DNA of 64,000 nt, from sequence record DRR723986_2433; one strand, written 5' to 3'. Below the pieces are notes generated by a model. The model searched no databases, had not been told where the DNA came from, and was given only the letters and a program-made list of their open reading frames with translations. Shown here one piece after another: positions 48,566 to 57,875 of this stretch; the stretch's first letter is position 1, and every line of letters starts with the position of its first letter. The translations under genes were made by a program, and so were the position numbers.

Positions 48566-50032
48566 TTACTTCGCTGCCACTTCTTTGTTGTGTATATGGT
48601 ATTCGTGGCATACGCCACAGTTGGACTGAACTTTGTTTAACACGGGTTTGCTGCCTGCATGGCAAGTTTGGCATCCCTCAATGGTGGGCATCAGCACATC
48701 GCTGGCTTCCTCTGATTTGCTTGCTTTGTGACAACTTTCACAACTTTCAAATTCGTGTGCTTTGTGATCAAACTTGGCCATGGGCATCCAAGGATGGGCA
48801 GGATTGATCTCGGCAATCTTGTACTGCGGCATTCTGGATCCGGAAGTCTTGGTGTTACCCAAGCCATCCACCGCCTTTACTTCGTGGCACACAGAGCAGG
48901 CCGTATTTTCAAACAGCTCCACTGTTGCAAATGCTGCTTGTGCACGGGGGTTTCCGCTCAAGTTTCGCAAGTTGGAGCGATTCGGGTCTTTTTCACCGGG
49001 GCGCGCGCGCAACACCGCACGCTGTGCATTCACTTTGTTGCGTTCTTCGGGGTGCAAAGCCAAATAACTATAGAACTCTTCAACCGTGCTGAGCACTGCA
49101 TCAACAGGGCCGTGGGGCACTTGCCGATCGGGCAGGGCTGGCTCAAAACTCAGCTTGTGGCACTCCTGGCAGTGGCTTTCCATGTTGAGTGTTTTAAACC
49201 CGGTTGCGGTATCTGCTGGCTCGTGGCAGTTGGCACATTCCATCACCACTTTCTTGCTTGGGCTGTCAATACCCTTTGGGTCTAGGTGAACATCGTGCGG
49301 AAACTTCAGGTTCGTTTTTTCAACAATCGGTGTGTTGGCCGCCATGCGGATACGACGCAAATCACTGGGTTCAGGGCCTGTGGCCACAGTAATCCGAAAT
49401 GCTGGGTGTTTGTCGCCGGCGAAGTCGCTGGCAGCAAGAGTTTCAGTTTTTGGTGCCACAGTTTTAATGTCGGTGTGGCAAGCTGCACAGTCGGCACCTA
49501 CAAAATGTTTGTTCTGTTCTGCGAGGCTTTCGCGTCCTTTGTGATCGCGGTGACAGCTTGCGCAACGGCCTTCTTCGAATGACGTGTCGGGCAGTGTTTG
49601 CTCGGTTACATGTAAGCCCATATTGCCGTGGCATACCAGGCAGCTTTCATCTTTGACACGCGAGAAGTTGCCGGCGTGGCAAGCCTGGCAATCGGCCTCC
49701 AGGTTCGAGTGGACGGAAGCCAGCGGACCAGGGTTCCAGATGGAATCCAAGGCCAGTGCCGTGGTACTGCGTGTGTTTGAAACCTGTGTGCTTTGAACAC
49801 TGGGATGCGCGTTAACAGGCAGTTTTTCAGCAGACACTACCTGTGGTTTTACGTTTGAACCGGCGGGCTCAAGGCCAAACAGCCCAGGTGCCTGAATCGC
49901 CACCAGGGGTAAAATAAAAAATGCGAAAAGAATCGGTACAAAAAGCAACCAGGAAAGTGGGCGTTTCAGCCCCAGGGGCTTTTGCAAGGCCTGTTGCTCA
50001 CGTTGAAGCGGGCTTTTTTCTTGTTCGGCCAT
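48566..50032 (-). CDS. Membrane-anchored decaheme cytochrome c (c3-like)
   Basis: N-terminal TM (WLLFVPILFAFFILPLV); 10 CxxCH (CQACH, CLVCH, CASCH, CAACH, CANCH, CQECH, CSVCH, CESCH, CQTCH, CGVCH); distal-His patterns FPHDVH, FDHKAH. Confidence 0.9.
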   Translation of the reverse strand: MAEQEKSPLQREQQALQKPLGLKRPLSWLLFVPILFAFFILPLVAIQAPGLFGLEPAGSNVKPQVVSAEKLPVNAHPSVQSTQVSNTRSTTALALDSIWNPGPLASVHSNLEADCQACHAGNFSRVKDESCLVCHGNMGLHVTEQTLPDTSFEEGRCASCHRDHKGRESLAEQNKHFVGADCAACHTDIKTVAPKTETLAASDFAGDKHPAFRITVATGPEPSDLRRIRMAANTPIVEKTNLKFPHDVHLDPKGIDSPSKKVVMECANCHEPADTATGFKTLNMESHCQECHKLSFEPALPDRQVPHGPVDAVLSTVEEFYSYLALHPEERNKVNAQRAVLRARPGEKDPNRSNLRNLSGNPRAQAAFATVELFENTACSVCHEVKAVDGLGNTKTSGSRMPQYKIAEINPAHPWMPMAKFDHKAHEFESCESCHKASKSEEASDVLMPTIEGCQTCHAGSKPVLNKVQSNCGVCHEYHIHNKEVAAK

Positions 50033-50038
50033 GTTCGC

Positions 50039-50854
50039 TTACCAGTAAATAAAAACAGACAACACATGCGCAATCAACGCAGCCAGCAAACCAAACGACA
50101 AAGGCACATGGATGGATAGCCACAGCTCAAGCCAATATCGCAAGTGGTAATAACGGCGCAGTTGTCTCAATGCGCGCAGTCGCTGCACCTGGTTTCTGTA
50201 TAAGTCAGAGAGACTGTCAACCCGTGTCATTTCCTGTTGCAGGTCATTCACGGCTTTCTCGGTGGCGCAGTCTTTCACTACGCCTTTGCGCTGACTGCTG
50301 CGATCCGGGTAGATGCTTTGCTTGTGAGAAGCGGCAATGATTCGTCCCACCAGGTCACCGGAATTCTTGATTTGTTTTTGAGCTTCGCGGTCCAAGGCCT
50401 GAATCTGTTCCACAATTTGCTCGGGACTTTGCCGATTCAGTACGTTTGACATTTCTGCGGGATACCGCAAGTAAAAACTGAGGCCCCAAACGCCTGTGCC
50501 AATGGTCGCCATCGTCAACACATAGGCCAATGAATGCACGTTCCAGCCAATCTGAAAACCTGTGTGCAATGTGGCAACCACCGACAATGCCAAGCCCAGA
50601 TAAATATGCGCCGACACCCAGCCACGCAGGTTGCCTGTCTCATTGGCATACTGGCGTTTGCGTACACCAAACCACATGAGCCAAAGAATGAGTAGGGCAC
50701 CTATGGTGCCAAGGGTATAGCCCAACCAGGTTCCGCCATTGGCATTGATTCTGGGTTGGTCAAAAAGGTAGGCAAACGACGAAACGAGCGTTAGCAGCAA
50801 GGCCCATTTCAGGAAAACAAATCGTTTGTAGTTGAACAGGTTGTCCTGAATCAT
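50039..50854 (-). CDS. Integral membrane protein with four TM histidines (putative di-heme b, ferric-reductase-like)
   Basis: About 5 TM helices; His pairs SAHIYLG...TLHTG and SIHVPLS...IAHV. Confidence 0.65.
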   Translation of the reverse strand: MIQDNLFNYKRFVFLKWALLLTLVSSFAYLFDQPRINANGGTWLGYTLGTIGALLILWLMWFGVRKRQYANETGNLRGWVSAHIYLGLALSVVATLHTGFQIGWNVHSLAYVLTMATIGTGVWGLSFYLRYPAEMSNVLNRQSPEQIVEQIQALDREAQKQIKNSGDLVGRIIAASHKQSIYPDRSSQRKGVVKDCATEKAVNDLQQEMTRVDSLSDLYRNQVQRLRALRQLRRYYHLRYWLELWLSIHVPLSFGLLAALIAHVLSVFIYW

Positions 50855-50983
50855 GTGTTCAGCGCCTAGGCAAATAGTCAGAGGTAATGCTGCTCAGGGT
50901 TTACGCTTATTTCTGTATAGCCATTAATGTTACGTGATCATGGGTGATGTTAGTATCCCTACTTCATGTCTGGGGGTTAACAA

Positions 50984-52228
50984 TTGAGTCTTGGTGCGGC
51001 CTTTGTGGGTTTTATCTTCCTGTTTTTCCTAGTATTTTGCCTATATTTTGCGTGGAACGGATTTTTTTTATCCAATGATCAAAAAACCACGAATGAGGCT
51101 GACTCTCTGGAAGATAGCCCAGAATGGCGAGCGTTTTTAAACCGACGCCAGGAAATTGAAACGGACCCAACACTCGACGCTGCGAGCAAACAGGTTTTAA
51201 TCGACAATTGGCAAACCATGGCCAGTGAGAGCAAGCCCCACATGGCCACCGCTGCCGTGTCCCCAATGCGTCTGATATGGGCCCGGCCCGCGGCCATGCC
51301 TTGGCTGATTGCAGGCAGCCTGGGATTCGCGGTGCTGTTCACCTATTTGATTGGTGCAATGCACCCCGGTGCATTGAAGTGGCCTGAATCGAATGTTGTA
51401 GATGCGCTTGCACCAAGTGTTGATCAAGCAGTTGCCGCTTCAGCCGGGCATCCCGGAGACGGCGTCAATTTGCAGGACAGGCTGGCGGGCTTGCAGGCAA
51501 GGCTTGCTGCGCAGCCAGACGATTTGCGCGGTTGGGTGCTGCTGGCGCGCACTCACGCCTCCATGTCCAATTACCTTGAAAGTGCCAATGCCTTGAAAAA
51601 AGCGCTGGAACTCACGCCAGGGCATCCAGATATTCTCGCAGATTTGGCCGACATGACCGCCATGGCACAGGGCCGCCAACTGGCTGGTGAACCGGAAACT
51701 TACATCGCAGCTGCACTACAAAGTGATCCTCGCCATGAAAAGGCCCTTGCACTGGCAGCCAGTGCTGCCGAGCAGGCAGGTGATCAAGACAAAGCGCAGG
51801 TGTACTGGCAACTGCTTAGCCAGGTTCAGCAAGCGAGCTTGAAACAATCGAATCCGGCACCCGAGGACATTCTCACCACAGTTAACGTAACTGTTCCTGA
51901 AGCAGCATTAAAAAGCCTGAAGGAATCATCGGCACTGTTTGTATTCTTAAAGGCGCAGCCCGGCCCCGGCATGCCACTGGCCGTGGTTCGCGTGCCTGCC
52001 TCGCAGTTAAGCGCAAGTAAGCTCGCGGTGCGCATCGGCCCGGGCGACTTTATTCAGGAAGGTGGTGTTGGGATTTTGCCTGATACCGTGCACATTCAAG
52101 CGCGCTTGTCGATTCAAGGTATGGCCCAAACAGGTGCTGGTGATATCGAGTCAAGCTGGCAAACGCTTCCTCGCAATCAACTTGCTTCGGGTGTGGATTT
52201 AAGTTTGCCGCAGGCCCCGGCGAATTGA
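50984..52228 (+). CDS. ccmI: CcmI/CycH-type TPR cytochrome c biogenesis factor
   Basis: Two N-terminal TMs, TPR (QPDDLRGWVLLART), C-terminal LFVFLKA..GMPLAV..ARLS..GD domain; first gene of the ccm operon; TTG start uncertain. Confidence 0.8.
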   Translation: MSLGAAFVGFIFLFFLVFCLYFAWNGFFLSNDQKTTNEADSLEDSPEWRAFLNRRQEIETDPTLDAASKQVLIDNWQTMASESKPHMATAAVSPMRLIWARPAAMPWLIAGSLGFAVLFTYLIGAMHPGALKWPESNVVDALAPSVDQAVAASAGHPGDGVNLQDRLAGLQARLAAQPDDLRGWVLLARTHASMSNYLESANALKKALELTPGHPDILADLADMTAMAQGRQLAGEPETYIAAALQSDPRHEKALALAASAAEQAGDQDKAQVYWQLLSQVQQASLKQSNPAPEDILTTVNVTVPEAALKSLKESSALFVFLKAQPGPGMPLAVVRVPASQLSASKLAVRIGPGDFIQEGGVGILPDTVHIQARLSIQGMAQTGAGDIESSWQTLPRNQLASGVDLSLPQAPAN

Positions 52229-53565
52229 TGATGCGTATTTCACTCTCGGCCGCTTGCCTGCAAGTTAAAACGCCGTCTCTGGAAGCGGCGGGTGTGGTGT
52301 TGTCAGGCCCAATCGGGTTTGAATTAAAACCGGGCGAAATCAATGTCATTCGGGGTGGAAATGGTGTTGGAAAATCAACCCTGTTGAGATTGATGAGCAA
52401 TTCATTGCCGGGCCAGTGTGTTTTATTCAAACCTGAGTTTGGCCTGCGTGATGAATTGTTGGTCCACACACACCTGCAAATTGTATTGAGTCATCTTCGT
52501 ACCAATGCCCATAGCGTTGAATCTTTGCTTGAAAGGGTAGGGCTTGCGAACTGGCAATACGAGCGAATCGGCACTCTTTCATCCGGGCAGCGTGCACGTC
52601 TGGGTTTGTGCAGCTTGTTGGCGGGGCAATTCAAAGTGTGGTTGCTCGATGAGCCCTTGAATGCGCTGGATCACGAGGGTATTGCAACCTTGGCCGGGGC
52701 AATGGCCACGCATTTTGATCAGGGTGGCATTGTGTTCATGGCCACCCACGTGGACGCGTTGGTATTAACGCAGCACCTGGCTGGTGCACCCGTAAAAGAG
52801 GGCAGGCTGGAACAGGGCAAGTTGCTTGGCGGTTTTGTAGCAGATGCCCACCTGGATGATTCCCGCGTAGATGATTCCCCTGCACGGGAGGCTGGGCATG
52901 CTGCAAAAGTGAATTTTCCCGCCTTGCTTCAACGCGACTGGGCGGTGACTTTGGGCAATCCACAAGCACTGCTGTGGGGTGCTTTGTTTCACTGGATGGT
53001 GCTGAGTTTTTTCGGAATAGGACTGGGAAAGCCAAGTGCCGAATTCGCTCAAGTGGCCGTGTGGGTCAGTTTGTTACTCGCTTTGATGCTGGGGGCCAAA
53101 GACTGGTTTGCGGAAGATCACCGCACTGGGTGGCTTGGCTTTGTGGCGGGCCTTAATCCTGACAACATTGCTTTGTATTGGTTGGTCAGGGTTATATTTT
53201 TGGTGCTATGCCAAGTGGTGGTACTGGTACCTGTCACAGGTTTGGTGGCGTTACAACTGGGGCTTCACGCCACACAAACCATCGACCTGGCTTTCGCCTT
53301 GAGCGTGGGTATTTGGGCCGTGGCGCCTCTGTTGGGCTTGATCGCGCTGTTGGTGATGCTGACTCGGGGTGGTGCAGTACTGGTCTATTTGTTGGCTTTG
53401 CCACTGTTGGTCCCCGTTCTGATTTTCGGGCTTGAGGCCAGTCAGGCCAATGGCTTCGGTCGCAGTGCAATTGCGCCGCTTGCTGTGCTTGCGAGTTTGG
53501 GAATGTTGGGTTGTTTGCTGGGGCCATTCGTGGCCAAGCGCCTTGTTGGTTTAATACAGGAATGA
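52225..53565 (+). CDS. ccmAB: Fused CcmA (ABC ATPase)-CcmB (permease)
   Basis: GGNGVGKST, LSSGQ, WLLDEP, ATH, then 6-TM CcmB with FAEDHRTG and LALPLLVPVLIFG in one frame. Confidence 0.82.
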   Translation: MMMRISLSAACLQVKTPSLEAAGVVLSGPIGFELKPGEINVIRGGNGVGKSTLLRLMSNSLPGQCVLFKPEFGLRDELLVHTHLQIVLSHLRTNAHSVESLLERVGLANWQYERIGTLSSGQRARLGLCSLLAGQFKVWLLDEPLNALDHEGIATLAGAMATHFDQGGIVFMATHVDALVLTQHLAGAPVKEGRLEQGKLLGGFVADAHLDDSRVDDSPAREAGHAAKVNFPALLQRDWAVTLGNPQALLWGALFHWMVLSFFGIGLGKPSAEFAQVAVWVSLLLALMLGAKDWFAEDHRTGWLGFVAGLNPDNIALYWLVRVIFLVLCQVVVLVPVTGLVALQLGLHATQTIDLAFALSVGIWAVAPLLGLIALLVMLTRGGAVLVYLLALPLLVPVLIFGLEASQANGFGRSAIAPLAVLASLGMLGCLLGPFVAKRLVGLIQE

Positions 53566-54260
53566 CGATGTTTGCACAGTTGGCTTCACCCCCCAAGTTC
53601 CATGCCCTGGCCAGTTGGCTGTGGGTGTGGCTACTCGCAGCGGGTATTCTTCTGCTGGGGTTTGGTTTGTACACGGGTTTGTTTCTGGCACCTGTTGATG
53701 TTCAGCAAGGCGAAGTGTATCGGGCTATTTATGTGCATGTGCCCGCCGCCTGGATGTCGATGTTCCTGTACTTGGTGGCCTGTGGCTACGCGGGTTTGAA
53801 TTGGGTCTATCGCAGCGATGTATCGGCAGTCATGATGCGTGCGCTGCTGCCCACCGGTGCATGGATGACTGTGTTGGCCCTGGTCACCGGTGCGCTGTGG
53901 GGCAAGCCCACTTGGGGCACCTACTGGGTGTGGGATGCAAGAATGACCTCGGAGCTTTTGCTGTTGTTTATCTATTTGGGCTTGATTGCCTTGGGTCAAC
54001 TGACTACCAACCCGGCCAAGGCCGATCGTGTATTGGCAGTTGGACTGTTGATTGGTGCTGTGAACATTCCCTTGATTTACCTCTCGGTGGTTTTCTGGAA
54101 TACGCTTCATCAGGGTTACAGCGTGTCGATGAGTGGCAGCCGGATTCACCCTGACATTGCCATGGGCATGTGGCTCAGCGTGTTGGGGTTCTGGTTGATT
54201 TGTGCCAGCACGGTGTTGAACCGTGCGCGGCGTTTGTTGGTACAAAGGCGTTGGTTGTAA
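53562..54260 (+). CDS. ccmC: Heme exporter CcmC
   Basis: YVHVP, WWD motif WGKPTWGTYWVWDARMT, WNTLHQ; ATGA overlap. Confidence 0.93.
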   Translation: MTMFAQLASPPKFHALASWLWVWLLAAGILLLGFGLYTGLFLAPVDVQQGEVYRAIYVHVPAAWMSMFLYLVACGYAGLNWVYRSDVSAVMMRALLPTGAWMTVLALVTGALWGKPTWGTYWVWDARMTSELLLLFIYLGLIALGQLTTNPAKADRVLAVGLLIGAVNIPLIYLSVVFWNTLHQGYSVSMSGSRIHPDIAMGMWLSVLGFWLICASTVLNRARRLLVQRRWL

Positions 54261-54278
54261 AGGGCAAAAGGCAAAACA

Positions 54279-54452
54279 ATGATTCTTGATGCATGGCAAA
54301 CAATTTGGGCTTGCGTGGGTTTAAGCCTCTTGATTCTGTTTGTGGATGGTGTGCTGGCCGGTCGAGCGGGCCCCAGCAAAACCGATCTGGTTCGTCAAAA
54401 AAAGAGAGATGACCGAATGGTTGGGCTCAGTAAAGGGGTAGGTAATGAGTAA
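54279..54452 (+). CDS. ccmD: Probable CcmD (57 aa, absent from ORF track)
   Basis: [57 protein letters not shown]: single TM + basic tail, between ccmC and ccmE. Confidence 0.7.
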   Translation: MILDAWQTIWACVGLSLLILFVDGVLAGRAGPSKTDLVRQKKRDDRMVGLSKGVGNE

Positions 54453-54852
54453 TGCACGCGCGCATCGCGCGGCCTGGCTAGCGGCCATTGTTGTGGTGGC
54501 TTTGGGTTTTGGTATTGCCCTGGTCAAAGTGTTCAACGAAAACCTTGTTTTCTTCTACACCCCTACACAAATATTGGGTGGTGAAGTGCCCAAGGGTGAA
54601 AAAACCTATCGCCTGGGTGGCATGGTTGAAGTGGGTAGCGTTCAACGCGAGGCCGACTCATTGAAAGTTCGGTTTGTGGTCAGCGACATGAATAACAAAG
54701 TGCCGGTGGAGTTCACGGGCATCGTGCCAGATTTGTTCAAAGAGGGCACCGGGGTTGTGGCAGATGGCCAATGGGACGGCACCACCTTCAAAGCCTCTGA
54801 GGTGTTGGCCAAACACGATGAAGACTACATGCCGCCCGGAGTTGAGCAGTGA
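54445..54852 (+). CDS. ccmE: Heme chaperone CcmE
   Basis: [30 protein letters not shown] (HxxxY). Confidence 0.94.
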   Translation: MSNARAHRAAWLAAIVVVALGFGIALVKVFNENLVFFYTPTQILGGEVPKGEKTYRLGGMVEVGSVQREADSLKVRFVVSDMNNKVPVEFTGIVPDLFKEGTGVVADGQWDGTTFKASEVLAKHDEDYMPPGVEQ

Positions 54853-56840
54853 TCGCATTGATATCCCAGTTCAGTTTGGCACTGGCCACCGTGTTGGCCT
54901 TGTTTGGCGCAGTCGCTGGTTTTGCCGCAGTGCGCGGGGTATATAGCCATGCGCCAGCAGTCCCTTTGTTGAACTCGATTCAACGCAATGTGCTGCTGGT
55001 CTCTGGGCTCGTCGGTATTGCCTTTGTTGGTTTGGTCTATTCCTTTGTGATCAGCGATTTTTCAGTTCGCAACGTGGCTGAAAATTCCAACCTGGCTCTG
55101 CCCGTTTTTTACAAAGTGGCCGCAAGTTGGGGTTCTCATGAAGGCTCCTTTTTGCTTTGGGTGCTTATGTTTGCAGGCTGGACCCAAGCTGTGGCCTGGG
55201 CCAAATTCGAGGTGTCGGCTTGTTTCAAAGTGCGCGTACTGGCCACCTTGCAATTGGTGCTGGTGGGTTTTCTGCTTTATTTGTTAATTGCCAGCAATCC
55301 CTTTGAATACCTGTACCCCACACCCGTCGACGGGCGAGACCTGAACCCGCTGCTGCAAGACATCGGCATGATCATTCATCCGCCCCTGTTGTACATGGGT
55401 TATGTGGGCTTCGCAGTGACCTTTGCCTTCGCAGTGGCTGGTTTGCTGGAGGGCCGGTTCGACATGACCTGGGCGCGCTGGAGTCGCCCCTGGACCAATG
55501 TGGCGTGGGCGTTTCTAACCATGGGCATTGCTTTGGGAAGCTGGTGGGCTTACCGGGAACTGGGTTGGGGCGGTTGGTGGTTTTGGGACCCGGTCGAAAA
55601 TGCATCTCTAATGCCCTGGTTGGCAGGTACAGCGCTCATTCATTCACTGGCCGTGTCTGAAAAAAGGGGGGCCCTGCGCAGTTGGACCTTGTTGCTGGCA
55701 CTCACTACCTTTGCCCTGTCCCTGTTGGGTACATTCCTGGTTCGCTCGGGTGTGCTTACCTCGGTGCATGCTTTCGCAACAGACCCTGAACGTGGCGTTT
55801 TCATTCTCGCCTTGTTGTTTATTGTGGTGGGCGCTTCCTACATTCTGTATGCGCTTAAAACAGGTGAAGTGGGGCAGGGTGGCAATTTCAAGGTCACTGG
55901 TCGTGAGTCGCTGTTGCTGTCCAACAATGTGCTCATGAGCGCTGCCTTGGTGGCCGTGATGTTGGGTACGCTTTACCCCTTGGTGGTCGAGGTGATCGGC
56001 GGGCGGAAAATGTCAGTGGGGCAGCCTTATTTTGAAGCCATGTTTGCACCCATTCTATTGCCCGCGGTGTTGCTCATGGCCTTGGGCCCCGATTCACGCT
56101 GGCGCGAAACCTCGTTGGCGCAATACATCAAGCCCGGGGTAGTGGCGCTTGCTGTTGCCGCGCTGGTGTTGTTGGGAGCAGCCTTGTTCAATGGTTATTT
56201 CAGCTTGTTGTGGGCCGTGGGTGTGGTGTGTGCGGTGTTCATGGCGGTGGCCACGCTGGCCCATGCTGCGGTGGCCACGCGCAAAGCAGGGGCCAGTATT
56301 CCTGAAAGTGGTTTGCTGTATCGCATTCGCCGTTTGTCCCTTTCTTATTGGGGCATGGTGCTTGCGCATTTGGGAGTGGCCGTGTTTGTGGTGGGCGTCA
56401 GTTGGGTAAAGACCTTCGAGACTGAAACCGATGCCGTGCTCAAGCCAGGAGAAACTTCTGAGATTGGCCCATGGCGGGTTACGTTCATTGGTGTTGATTC
56501 CGTGCAACGACAAAACCATGTGGCTGCTCTGGGCGTGTTCGAATTAACGCGTGGCGACGGCACGGTGATCCACTTGCTGGAACCCGAGAAGCGCCGCTAT
56601 CAAAGTTCCGAACAAATCATGACCGAGGCTGCCATTCACAGCGACTGGTTTTCAGATGTGTACATCGGCCTTGGCGATGCAGTTCAAAGCAGTGCAAACT
56701 CCGGGGCGTGGGGCGTGCGGCTGTATTACAAGCCATTGATCAACCTGATTTGGTGGGGTTGTGCCTTGATGGCACTGGGTGGTTTGCTTACCGTGTTTGA
56801 TCGCCGTTACCGGCCCAGAAAGAATGCGGTGGCCTCATGA
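54849..56840 (+). CDS. ccmF: Cytochrome c heme lyase CcmF
   Basis: [32 protein letters not shown]. Confidence 0.95.
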   Translation: MIALISQFSLALATVLALFGAVAGFAAVRGVYSHAPAVPLLNSIQRNVLLVSGLVGIAFVGLVYSFVISDFSVRNVAENSNLALPVFYKVAASWGSHEGSFLLWVLMFAGWTQAVAWAKFEVSACFKVRVLATLQLVLVGFLLYLLIASNPFEYLYPTPVDGRDLNPLLQDIGMIIHPPLLYMGYVGFAVTFAFAVAGLLEGRFDMTWARWSRPWTNVAWAFLTMGIALGSWWAYRELGWGGWWFWDPVENASLMPWLAGTALIHSLAVSEKRGALRSWTLLLALTTFALSLLGTFLVRSGVLTSVHAFATDPERGVFILALLFIVVGASYILYALKTGEVGQGGNFKVTGRESLLLSNNVLMSAALVAVMLGTLYPLVVEVIGGRKMSVGQPYFEAMFAPILLPAVLLMALGPDSRWRETSLAQYIKPGVVALAVAALVLLGAALFNGYFSLLWAVGVVCAVFMAVATLAHAAVATRKAGASIPESGLLYRIRRLSLSYWGMVLAHLGVAVFVVGVSWVKTFETETDAVLKPGETSEIGPWRVTFIGVDSVQRQNHVAALGVFELTRGDGTVIHLLEPEKRRYQSSEQIMTEAAIHSDWFSDVYIGLGDAVQSSANSGAWGVRLYYKPLINLIWWGCALMALGGLLTVFDRRYRPRKNAVAS

Positions 56841-57406
56841 TCAAGAAACGCTTGCGCCTGTATTTGCCAATTTTGGTCTTGTTGTTTTTGGGTGTGTTTT
56901 TGCTCCGTGGTTTGTGGCTTGATCCGAAAAAATTACCCTCCGCATTGATTGGCAAGGAAGCCCCTGCAGTCGTGTTGCCCGTACTCAGCTTTAACGGGCC
57001 AGAGGCGGATGCTGTGCAACTTGTAAACATTCAAACCCTTCAAAACATCGATGAATTGAAAGGCCAGCCTTGGGTACTGAATGTGTTTGCGTCGTGGTGC
57101 CAGGCTTGCTTGGTGGAGCACCCGCATTTCATAGCTTTGGCGAAACAGAAAAAAATCAAGCTGGTGGGTTTGGCTTACAAAGACGACCTGGCCAATACCC
57201 GCCGTTGGCTGGCGCAATATGGCAATCCTTATGATTTGATCCTGATTGACCAGCAAGGGCAGTACGGAATTGAGTTGGGTGTGTATGGCGTGCCCGAAAC
57301 TTTTTTAATGAGCGCCAACAACACCATTATTCACAAGCAGGTAGGGCCAATACCTGCCGACTATTTCGACAGCATGGCACTGCCCGCAATAGAGGCGTCC
57401 CGATGA
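56837..57406 (+). CDS. ccmG: Thiol:disulfide oxidoreductase CcmG/DsbE
   Basis: ASWCQACLVEHP, GVYGVPETF. Confidence 0.92.
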   Translation: MIKKRLRLYLPILVLLFLGVFLLRGLWLDPKKLPSALIGKEAPAVVLPVLSFNGPEADAVQLVNIQTLQNIDELKGQPWVLNVFASWCQACLVEHPHFIALAKQKKIKLVGLAYKDDLANTRRWLAQYGNPYDLILIDQQGQYGIELGVYGVPETFLMSANNTIIHKQVGPIPADYFDSMALPAIEASR

Positions 57407-57819
57407 ATGTGAATGATCTGAATGCAGCAGAGAAAGAACAGTACAAGGAAGTGGCCAGCGAGCTTCGTTGCCTGGTGTGCCAGAACCAGTCGCTGGCTGA
57501 TTCACATGCTTCCTTGGCGGTCGATTTAAAAGAGAAAATCGCCGAGCAAATTCGCGCTGGTAAAACCAACGAAGAAATTAAAAGCTACATGCAAGATCGC
57601 TATGGCGAGTTTGTGATCTACAAGCCCGCTTACAGCATGGAAAATGCGGTGTTGTGGTTGGGGCCATTTGTGGTGTTGCTGATTGCCGTGGTGCTGGCGC
57701 GCAAGGTGGGGAAAGGCTACAAAATACCCAAAGATGAAATGCCCCCTACCATGGCTGGCGACAGTGACTGGGCCGAAAAACTGTACGACGACGCAAGAAA
57801 ACGCGAAGCCAAGAAATAA
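57403..57819 (+). CDS. ccmH: Cytochrome c biogenesis protein CcmH (CcmL)
   Basis: LRCLVCQNQSLADS, RYGEFV, C-terminal TM. Confidence 0.92.
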   Translation: MNVNDLNAAEKEQYKEVASELRCLVCQNQSLADSHASLAVDLKEKIAEQIRAGKTNEEIKSYMQDRYGEFVIYKPAYSMENAVLWLGPFVVLLIAVVLARKVGKGYKIPKDEMPPTMAGDSDWAEKLYDDARKREAKK

Positions 57820-57855
57820 AAAAACCGAACCGTGATTGCTCAGGGTTCGATTTTT
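57818..57855. terminator. Imperfect terminator-like hairpin between convergent ccmH and ettA
   Basis: A-tract-CCGAACCGTGA-TTGC-TCAGGGTTCGA-TTTTT with two mismatches. Confidence 0.45.
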
Positions 57856-57875
57856 CTACATCAACCCCAAAATTC

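Noticed and set aside
38938-50032. Calling the cytochromes and barrel mtrA/mtrB/mtrC
   Set aside because: Heme counts match decahemes, but sizes, the TM anchor, LVIVD and SH3 domains and gene order do not match what I know of MtrCAB; no symbol assigned
50855-50983. CRP/FNR site in the divergent promoter (TGTTACGTGATCAT)
   Set aside because: Half-sites and spacing do not fit TGTGA-N6-TCACA or TTGAT-N4-ATCAA
22988-57875. The 35 kb block as a mobile genomic island
   Set aside because: No integrase, transposase, tRNA or flanking direct repeats were seen; horizontal origin is untested
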